NCBI GenBank assembly: GCA_965207225.1
Contig: CBDBLV010000005.1
Location: 864,001 to 928,000, forward strand
DNA length: 64,000 nt
Reading direction: 5' to 3'
Source: Dehalococcoidia bacterium
Lineage (GTDB): Bacteria > Chloroflexota > Dehalococcoidia > Plut-88900
Below the pieces are notes generated by a model. The model ran no database searches. It was not told the origin of the DNA and saw only the letters and a list, made by a program, of their open reading frames with translations. Of the stretch, positions 47,761-55,238 are shown one piece after another; position 1 is the first letter of the stretch, and the number at the start of each line of letters is the position of its first letter. The position numbers and the translations under genes are program-made.

Positions 47761-48219
47761 GGCGATGGAAAGACGCCCTGGAGCAACCCGACCTAAGGAG
47801 CGGAACGGGGTCGCCCGTAGCCGAGGACCGCTCGGCTCTCCGTCCGCTTCAGCAAATGAAACTGGGCAGACCGCCACTCCGGGTTCCTGGATACAGGCGG
47901 CGAACTGGAAACCCCGTACTCCTGCGTGGGGACATGACTCTGGACATTCCCCTTCCTGCATGTAGGTGCAGCGCAGCTAACCCGTTTATTGGAACCTGTG
48001 ACGGATGACGGACCCGTATGTCCGCCTACACAGCCAGATCTAGGCAGCGGCGGAGACACGTCCCCAGCCTTGGGACGCCTCCAAGCCGACACTAAAGATA
48101 GGGGCTTCTGCCGGCCGCGGTTCGACCGTCCAGTGAGGCGAGACCGGACTGACCGACCCTGTACGGCCGGGCCAGCGACACCCTACGGGGTCACCGCTCC
48201 AGGTGCGTCTTCCATCGCC
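47761..48219 (+). ncRNA. Candidate large structured non-coding RNA (~460 nt), family not recognised
   Basis: Closing helix of ~23 bp, ten or more internal helices, G-U pairs favour the + strand, C(UACG)G tetraloop, complementary loops GGTTCC/GGAACC. Confidence 0.65.
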
Positions 48220-48313
48220 AACCTCCTTCAACACAAACAAAATGCAAACCCAAACCCCACAACCGAACAACTTATCTTCCACCGCCATCCCAGATGTGCG
48301 GGGCCGGGTTCTC

Positions 48314-48605
48314 GTAGGGGCGACCGGCGGGTCGCACTCCCCGGTGCGGGGTGAGGATCCCCCTATGGTGCTGAGAAGCATCCCTTCCTTTCTACCCAGT
48401 ATTGAACTAGAGGCAGAGGTTGGCACTTCTGCGCCAACCTCTGCCTCTGTTCTTCTCTCCCCCTCTCCCTTAGGGCCTGTAAGGAAGAGGGGGACCAAGA
48501 GGGTGAGGGTGATCCCCGGTGTGGGGCCGCTCATGCTGAGGCTCTCGAAGTACGAGCGGGGGTGGCCCACACCCGACTGTCACATCTCGCCGGTCATCCC
48601 CGCCC
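48314..48605. repeat. Further REP-like units
   Basis: GTAGGGGCGACC..GGTCGC (also at ~47653) and GGTGTGGGGCCGCTCATGCTGAGGCTCTCGAAGTACGAGCGG (~48518). Confidence 0.75.
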
Positions 48606-48666
48606 ACCCCATGCCGTCCTCTCCTCCCTGCACCACGCAAAATCCCCAGCAATCCCTTTAGGCGTC

Positions 48667-48719
48667 GTTCAATCAAACCAGCTACGAGTTCAATCAACGT
48701 TCAATCAATGTTCAATCAA
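48667..48719. repeat. Four phased direct repeats GTTCAATCAA
   Basis: Exact copies at 48667, 48688, 48699, 48710. Confidence 0.9.
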
Positions 48720-48827
48720 ACCTCACCCCCACAACTGGTTCGGCTGCTAGCCTCTCGGACGAGAAAGGCCCTAGAATAGCGGCACGAACACCCGGCAGCA
48801 TATGACGGCACTCATGGGGAGGTGAGC

Positions 48828-50006
48828 ATGTACTCTTACCCGGAAATCGACTGGGACGGTCTGCGCCGGCACCGGACAGACAAGGTCTCCCAAGTTATGA
48901 GGGACGCCGACGTCGACGCCCTGGTTCTCATGGGCCACGACAACATCCGCTACGCCACCGACTTCGGAGTCTTTCTCATCTGCGAAGCCTACGACTGGTT
49001 TGCCGCAATAGTCACCCAGGAAGGCGAGGCCTCGCTCTACATTCCCTACGTGGACAAGGTGGTCGACAATCCAATGCCTGACTACCCTTGGATCACGGAA
49101 TTCGTCCCGACTCCGTCCTGGGTTTCCAGCATCAGCCAGGCCGAGATCTGGGTCGACATCCTGTCCCGCAAGCTGCGCAGCCTCAAGGCCCGACGCGTAG
49201 GCGTCGATGCAATGCCCTTCCAGCTTTGGGATGGCATGAAGAGGATGATGTCCGAGGCACTTTTCCTGGACGCGTACATGCCTCTGGCCATGGCCCGGCA
49301 GGTGAAGCATCCGGAAGAGGTAAAGCTGATCCGCTCCAGCGCCGAAATCGCTTCCGCAGGAGGTGAGGCTGGGCTGAAGGCCATGCAGGAAGGCGCCCTG
49401 GACTTCGAGGTGCTATCGGCCATAGATGGAACTATGCGGGCCCAGGGCGCCGAATTCATCACCCACAACGTTTGCATCAAGGGTGAGAGCCAGGTTACCG
49501 CTGGCTGGTTTCCAAAGGGCAGCAAGCTCGAGTCAGGCGGGACTATGGCCTTCGACTGGGGATGCTACGTGAAGGGCGGATACGGCTCCGATATGTGCCG
49601 GACAGGGTTTGCGGGTGAACCTCCTGCGCCCGTGCAAAAGGCATGGCAAGTGCTGATGGAGGCCCACCGGGCCACGGAGGCCGAGGCCCAACCCGGTGTC
49701 CGGGTGTCCCACCTTGACCGAACGGTAAACGACCACCTTGCCAGGTCGGGTTACCCGACCACGCCTTATTCCTTGGGACATGGTGTCGGGCTGAGGGCGT
49801 GTGAGCTCCCCATCATCTACCGCCCCGACATGATGATGGTGGATGCACAACTGGAAGAGGGAATGGTCATCTGTCTGGAGCCCGAGACCTCGGTGGAGGT
49901 CGGCGGCGAGACAGTCTTCGTCAAGGTCGAGGACATGTACGAAGTCACCGCTACGGGGCTAGACCGTCTCACCACCACCGGCTACACGCCCTATTGGGAT
50001 GATTAG
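48828..50006 (+). CDS. Xaa-Pro peptidase / creatinase (M24) family protein
   Basis: NIRYAT, SDMCRT, GHGVG, LEPE, KVED. Confidence 0.9.
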   Translation: MYSYPEIDWDGLRRHRTDKVSQVMRDADVDALVLMGHDNIRYATDFGVFLICEAYDWFAAIVTQEGEASLYIPYVDKVVDNPMPDYPWITEFVPTPSWVSSISQAEIWVDILSRKLRSLKARRVGVDAMPFQLWDGMKRMMSEALFLDAYMPLAMARQVKHPEEVKLIRSSAEIASAGGEAGLKAMQEGALDFEVLSAIDGTMRAQGAEFITHNVCIKGESQVTAGWFPKGSKLESGGTMAFDWGCYVKGGYGSDMCRTGFAGEPPAPVQKAWQVLMEAHRATEAEAQPGVRVSHLDRTVNDHLARSGYPTTPYSLGHGVGLRACELPIIYRPDMMMVDAQLEEGMVICLEPETSVEVGGETVFVKVEDMYEVTATGLDRLTTTGYTPYWDD

Positions 50007-50944
50007 AGGGTGGCCAGGAGTCGGGCGGAGCGTTCCCAGGAGGCCTGTTTGTCTGGGCCGGCGGAGATGATGGAAACAAGCACTTCCTCAGCGCCCGCAG
50101 CGAAGAACGCTTTAAGTCTGGGTGCGACATCGTCTTCGGAGCCGGAAATGACTATCTCCCGGAGCATACGGTCGCTCCAGCCGTTTAACTCTTCCGCCTC
50201 CGGGAACCCCGCCAGGGCAAACATCTGCTGGTAGAAGGGCGCCGTGGGGTAGTACGCCATCTCCTCAAGGGCGGCCTCTTTGACCTCTTCGTAGTTTTCA
50301 CGGACCGAGACCACGGCGTGGGCGATGAGCGGTGGCGTCGGGCGTCCGGCGGCCTGTGCGCCTTCTCGCATGGCCGGAAGAGCGGAGTCCCTAAGATAGG
50401 CCAGCGGACAGACCCAGCTTATCGCGCCGTCCGCCTCTTCGCCACACAGCCTGAACGACCTGGGCCGGAGCGCCGAGGCCATGACCGGTAGCTCGGAGAA
50501 GGAGTCAGAAGCGGAGACGTGGGCGCTGTACATCTCGCCATCGAATTCTACCGAGCCTTGTTGTACCAGTGGCTTCACGATTTTCAGGTACTCGCGCAGG
50601 TTGGTCAGGGGTTTTCGGAAGTTGAAGCGGAAGGGTTCGTACATTTCCGAATGGTGGCTGGGCCCGATGCCGAGCCGGAATCTGCCCGGAGCCAGGTGAG
50701 CTATGACGCTGGTCTGTTGGGCGGTGGTGATGGGGTGTCGGGGCCAGGTGGGTACGATGGAAGTGCCAAGTAGTATTGAGTCGGTGCGCATGGCGGCAAC
50801 TGCCAGTAGGGTAATCGGGTCAGAGTCTCCACCAGAAGTAGCCCACGCAGCCTTGACGCCCAGCTCTTCCAGGCGCTGTATCTGCTGAACGCTTTCGGAG
50901 GCGTTGGCCCCAGTAACCTCCACGCCGATAGTTCCCATGGTCAT
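50003..50944 (-). CDS. LLM-class (F420-type) oxidoreductase
   Basis: DPITLL, LGTSIVP..PRHP, GRFRLGIGPSH. Confidence 0.92.
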   Translation of the reverse strand: MTMGTIGVEVTGANASESVQQIQRLEELGVKAAWATSGGDSDPITLLAVAAMRTDSILLGTSIVPTWPRHPITTAQQTSVIAHLAPGRFRLGIGPSHHSEMYEPFRFNFRKPLTNLREYLKIVKPLVQQGSVEFDGEMYSAHVSASDSFSELPVMASALRPRSFRLCGEEADGAISWVCPLAYLRDSALPAMREGAQAAGRPTPPLIAHAVVSVRENYEEVKEAALEEMAYYPTAPFYQQMFALAGFPEAEELNGWSDRMLREIVISGSEDDVAPRLKAFFAAGAEEVLVSIISAGPDKQASWERSARLLATL

Positions 50945-50945
50945 G

Positions 50946-51650
50946 TCAACTGTCCTCGTCGGATTCTGTCTGCTGCTTCTCCCTTGCTTCCCACAACGCT
51001 TCTACGGTAGCACGATATTCAGGAGCGGTTTCCCGGATATCCCCTTCCCTGAGACGATACTCCTCTATCGGCAGCCACAAGTCGCAATTGCTTGAGTAGA
51101 AGGCTTCATCCGATTCATCAATTTCAACAATGGCCTCATCCCGGAACAAGTTGACCTGCTCAAGCTGAAGAATCATATCGTTTTGGATGAAGCTGCCATA
51201 GGCCCTTGTCGGGGTCCGACCAACCTCCGTCGAGAAGAAATTGAGTCGAATCCAGATGCAGGGCGGAATAGTGGCCCCCGATAACTCGCTCACAATCTCG
51301 TCAACAGTCATTCTACCCAAAGACTGGGTCCTGTCCGGGTCCCTGCTGGGGTCTCTTACGGCAATGTAGGCGCCCGGAGATAAGTCGGGACCCACCTCAT
51401 AGTAGCCATCCACAAACGCAGCTAGTGTCATCGGCGATATGGTAGGGGTTGGGGTGGGCTGGGGAGTAGGTGTAGGCTCAGGAGAACAGGCAATCATGCT
51501 CAGGACGACTGAGAAGACCAGTGCAACATGTACAAGGCGGGATGGTGTGATTCTATTCAAGTCCGTTACGGAGAGCTGCTGGACTGTCGGCACGGGATGA
51601 TATATCGCTGGAATGCGTTGAAGCAGTGAGCAGTGCCTGGTTTTGTCCAA
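50946..51650 (-). CDS. Putative lipoprotein (true start probably downstream)
   Basis: MIAC lipobox, PTP linker, DGYYEVGPDLSPGAY..C.W.RL. Confidence 0.7.
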   Translation of the reverse strand: MDKTRHCSLLQRIPAIYHPVPTVQQLSVTDLNRITPSRLVHVALVFSVVLSMIACSPEPTPTPQPTPTPTISPMTLAAFVDGYYEVGPDLSPGAYIAVRDPSRDPDRTQSLGRMTVDEIVSELSGATIPPCIWIRLNFFSTEVGRTPTRAYGSFIQNDMILQLEQVNLFRDEAIVEIDESDEAFYSSNCDLWLPIEEYRLREGDIRETAPEYRATVEALWEAREKQQTESDEDS

Positions 51651-52850
51651 TTAAGTGAGAGGTTGAAGGATGTCCTGCCTAGACGGGCCCACACTGATCA
51701 CTGGCTCGTCGAACATGGGCATGACCCGCTCGGCATAGAGTTCGAGGCTGTGCATCACCTTCTTGAAGGGCACTCCGACGGGGTTAGGCCAGATGGTGAC
51801 GTGGTCGCAGTTAAGCTCGGTGCGGAGGTGATCAATGCGCTCGGCGACGTATTCCGGTGACCCGACCCAGATGATCTCCTTCTCCATCAGGAAGTCGAAC
51901 CACTCAGCATTCATGTCCCGGTCTTTCAGCGTCTCCCAGGAAGCGACACACGACTGTTTTCCCCGGCTGGCGTTCAGGCCTACGGTAACGTCATACCAGC
52001 GGTTAATGCCCTCCCGGGCCTCTTTCTCGGCCTGCTCCTGGGTGTCAGCGACATAGCAGGTGCGCATGACGTTGAGGGTCTTGCCATCTGCGCTGCGGCC
52101 CATTGGAACATCGCGATCCCAGACCCGGGAAGCGGTCTCCTTGTAGGTAGTCCAAGCCTCCCTGACTCCTTCAAAGGAGCGGCTGAGACAGGTAGCGGCG
52201 TGTCCTCTCTCAGCTGCGAAGGCGTAGGAAGCGGTTGAGTCTGCAGCCTGCCAGATGGGGGGATGGGGTTTCTGGTAGGGCTTGGGGCGGACAGGCATGG
52301 CAATGATCTCCCCGTCAGAGGAGTAGTGGGCCGGGTTGTCGGAGTATATGCGCTCGCCATGCTCCTTCCAGCCGGTCGGGGGGAAGTTGTAAAACCGACC
52401 TTCGTGAACGAAGGCGTCTTCTGTCCAGGCCTTGATGAGCACGTCCAGGGTTTCGCTGAAAAGCGCATAGTTGCGGGCTTGGTCCCGACGATCGGCGTCG
52501 GCATTGAATGTGATTCCGGCCAGGGTATTGACGCCCCGGGCTACGCCCACGTCGAGCCTGCCCCGGGTCATGTTATCGAGGAGCGCGAGGTCCTCGGCGA
52601 GGCGGATGGGGTGCCAGTCGGGAAGCACACAGGCGCTCTGCCCAACCCTTAGGCGCTTGGTGTGGGTGGCAAGATGGGTGTTTATGAGGATTGGGTTAGG
52701 GGCCGCAATCCAGAAGTGCTGCTCCCCGATCCAGATGGTGGTGAAGCCGGCCTGGTCGAAGAGTTCGGCCTCTTCGCGCCACTCTTCCATCAAGAGGTCA
52801 GGAGGGTAACGTTCGAGGAGGTGGTAGAAGACGTTGCCATCGAATCTCAA
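51651..52850 (-). CDS. LLM-class flavin-dependent oxidoreductase
   Basis: GEQHF, HPIRLAED, GRLDVGVARG, PKPYQKPHPPIW. Confidence 0.93.
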   Translation of the reverse strand: MRFDGNVFYHLLERYPPDLLMEEWREEAELFDQAGFTTIWIGEQHFWIAAPNPILINTHLATHTKRLRVGQSACVLPDWHPIRLAEDLALLDNMTRGRLDVGVARGVNTLAGITFNADADRRDQARNYALFSETLDVLIKAWTEDAFVHEGRFYNFPPTGWKEHGERIYSDNPAHYSSDGEIIAMPVRPKPYQKPHPPIWQAADSTASYAFAAERGHAATCLSRSFEGVREAWTTYKETASRVWDRDVPMGRSADGKTLNVMRTCYVADTQEQAEKEAREGINRWYDVTVGLNASRGKQSCVASWETLKDRDMNAEWFDFLMEKEIIWVGSPEYVAERIDHLRTELNCDHVTIWPNPVGVPFKKVMHSLELYAERVMPMFDEPVISVGPSRQDILQPLT

Positions 52851-52960
52851 AGGGTCGGGCTCCGGCGGGGGTTTGGTTTCATGTGCGTATCAGTTCCGGA
52901 AGCGGACGTATCACAGCTAGACCCCCGAAGTCACCGCAACCCATGGCGGTGCTATGTCTC

Positions 52961-53959
52961 CTAATTGGCCGCGGCGCTCACTTGGTCAATAAGCCGGAGG
53001 TAGTTGCCGCCCATGATCTTGGTGACTTCTTCCTCGTTGAAACCGTTCTCTCGGAGGCCGTTGGGGATTACGCGGAGTCCCGAGGGCTTTTCACACCACT
53101 CGGGCCAGTCGACCTGGGGCCACTTAGGACTGTGGAACCCCTTGGCGCTCATGAATTTAGGCACTTCCCGCGACCATCGACCTCGGGCCCAGTAGCGCTT
53201 TTCGTCGGGGAGGAAGCCGGTGTTGTGGTCGCTGCCGAGACCCACGTGGTCGATGCCCATGAACTCCACTGTGCGAGCCACCATGTCGCAAAACTGCTCA
53301 AGGGTGCCATCAGGGGCGAAGAGGTTGGGGTAGGTGCCAAGACCCATCACCCCGCCGTTCTCGGCGAGGGCCCGCATCATGTCCTCCGACTTGTTGCGCT
53401 GGACGTCTTTCCACCAGAGGGGGTTGGCATGGGTGATGGCTACGGGTTGGGTCGAGGCTTCGATAGCGTCCATGGAAGTGCGTTCGCCGGTGTGGGAGAG
53501 GTCGATGACCACGCCGTGCCGGTTCATCTCTGCAATGACGTCCCGGCCGAAATAGGTGAGGCCGCTGTCGTTGGGCTCATAGCAACCGCAGCCGATGAGG
53601 TTCTGGGTGTTGTAAGTGAGCTGCATGACCCGGACCCCGAGCTTGGCAAATACGGCCACGAACTCGATGTTGTCCTCGATGGGCGACGTGTTCTGAAAGC
53701 CGAACAGGATTCCGGTCTTCTTTGCCTCGTACGCGGCGCGGATGTCATCGGAGGTGTAGACGGGCATGATCAGATCGGAGAATTGGTCGAAGCGCCGATA
53801 CCATTGCCCGATCTCGGCGATCGTCTCCCGGCAGTTTTCCCAGATGGCGAGGGTGATGTTGATGGCGCTGATGTCGCCTTCTCGGATGTCCTCGAACGTC
53901 TCACGGGTCCACTTGTGATGTTGTGCTCCGTCTACTATCAGAACTCGATCTTCGGCCAT
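52961..53959 (-). CDS. Membrane dipeptidase (M19) family protein
   Basis: GFQN, QLTYN, IDLSH, THAN, LGSD. Confidence 0.92.
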   Translation of the reverse strand: MAEDRVLIVDGAQHHKWTRETFEDIREGDISAINITLAIWENCRETIAEIGQWYRRFDQFSDLIMPVYTSDDIRAAYEAKKTGILFGFQNTSPIEDNIEFVAVFAKLGVRVMQLTYNTQNLIGCGCYEPNDSGLTYFGRDVIAEMNRHGVVIDLSHTGERTSMDAIEASTQPVAITHANPLWWKDVQRNKSEDMMRALAENGGVMGLGTYPNLFAPDGTLEQFCDMVARTVEFMGIDHVGLGSDHNTGFLPDEKRYWARGRWSREVPKFMSAKGFHSPKWPQVDWPEWCEKPSGLRVIPNGLRENGFNEEEVTKIMGGNYLRLIDQVSAAAN

Positions 53960-54006
53960 GGGGTGTCCTTTCAATTTCGCTGTGGTTTCTTGTTTGGGGG
54001 CCTCTG

Positions 54007-55200
54007 TTAACCGGCGACCTGCAAAGCCGGGGATTTCTTCCTTTCGAAGTAAGGTATGACCTTATCGGCGAAGAGTTCCAGGCTGCGGTAAACCTTCTTG
54101 AAGGGAACGTAGGATGGGTTGGGCCAGAGCGTTACGTGCCGGCAATTGAGCTCTGTCTGGAGCCTTTCGATCTTTTCCGCGACGGTCTCGGGGGTGCCGA
54201 CTAGGATGGCGTCTTTCTCCATAGCGAATTCGAACCATTCCATGTTCTTCTGGTCGGGAGTTATGTCCTCGTCCCTGGCAATGACGCCGCTACGGTTCCA
54301 GTTGCGGCTAAGGCCAAAGGTGACGTCATGGTGAGCGTTTATGCCGTCCCGGGCGTCCTTGATTGCCTCCTCCATGGTGTCGGCAATGTAGAACATGCGC
54401 ATGATGTTGAGGGTGTCTCCGTTGGCGGTTTGACCCATGGGAATATCGTGTCCGGAAACCCGAGAGGCGGTGTCCCGATACGCCGTCCAGGCCTCTTTCG
54501 TTCCCTCAAGAGTACGCGCGAAACCCGTGACGGAAATTCCTCTCTCTGCGGCGAAGATATAGGACTCTGTGGAGTCGGCGGCCTGGTAGATGGGGGGATG
54601 AGGCTTCTGATAGGGCTTGGGCACGACGCCCAGGCCGATGAGCTCTCCGTTGGGGCCGTAGTGGGAGGTGTCTCCAGTGTATATCTGAGGGTTATTCTGA
54701 GTCCAGCCGGGGACCGGGAACGTATAAAACTCACCCTGGTGGACGAGAGCATCCTGCGTCCACGCCTTGATCATGATGTCCAGGGTCTCCTTAAACAGGG
54801 CGTAGTTGCGCTCCTTGTTGCGTCGGTCGGCGTCTATGTTGAACTGAATGGAAGCGGAGCTGTTGGTGCCCCGTGCTATGCCAACGTCCAGGCGCCCCCT
54901 GGTCATCTGGTCCAGCATGGCCAGCTCCTCGGCGAGGCGGATGGGGTGGTAGTCGGGGAGGATGCAGGCGCTCTGCGCGACCCTGAGCCTCTCCGTGACG
55001 GAGGCCAGATGGGTGCACACCTGCACGGGGCTCGGGGCGGCGACGTGGTAGCCTGCGTACCAGAAGTGATGCTCCCCGATCCATACACCGGTAAAGCCGG
55101 TCTGGTCGTAGAGCTTTACGGTTTGTCGCCACTCTTCAACCATCCGGTCAACGGGATACACCTCCAGCCCGTGGTAGAAGACGTTGCCATCGAATCGCAT
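54007..55200 (-). CDS. LLM-class flavin-dependent oxidoreductase (paralog of 51651-52850)
   Basis: Same MRFDGNVFYH start; GEHHF, HPIRLAEE. Confidence 0.93.
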   Translation of the reverse strand: MRFDGNVFYHGLEVYPVDRMVEEWRQTVKLYDQTGFTGVWIGEHHFWYAGYHVAAPSPVQVCTHLASVTERLRVAQSACILPDYHPIRLAEELAMLDQMTRGRLDVGIARGTNSSASIQFNIDADRRNKERNYALFKETLDIMIKAWTQDALVHQGEFYTFPVPGWTQNNPQIYTGDTSHYGPNGELIGLGVVPKPYQKPHPPIYQAADSTESYIFAAERGISVTGFARTLEGTKEAWTAYRDTASRVSGHDIPMGQTANGDTLNIMRMFYIADTMEEAIKDARDGINAHHDVTFGLSRNWNRSGVIARDEDITPDQKNMEWFEFAMEKDAILVGTPETVAEKIERLQTELNCRHVTLWPNPSYVPFKKVYRSLELFADKVIPYFERKKSPALQVAG

Positions 55201-55238
55201 TACTCTGTGCTCCCCGCTAAACCGAGTCCTGCCAATCG

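Noticed and set aside
47761-48219. Retron msr-msd, RNase P, tmRNA or intron identity for the structured element
   Set aside because: No reverse transcriptase nearby; no GAGGAAAGTCC, tRNA-like ends with tag ORF, or intron core motifs seen. A MITE is not excluded, but no target-site duplication is evident
46790-48719. Repeats as a CRISPR array
   Set aside because: No constant repeat-spacer period and no cas genes; units are REP-like
46754-48750. Numerous 60-176 aa ORFs in the intergenic region
   Set aside because: Pro/Gly/Arg-rich translations of repeats and structured DNA, with no RBS or recognisable motifs
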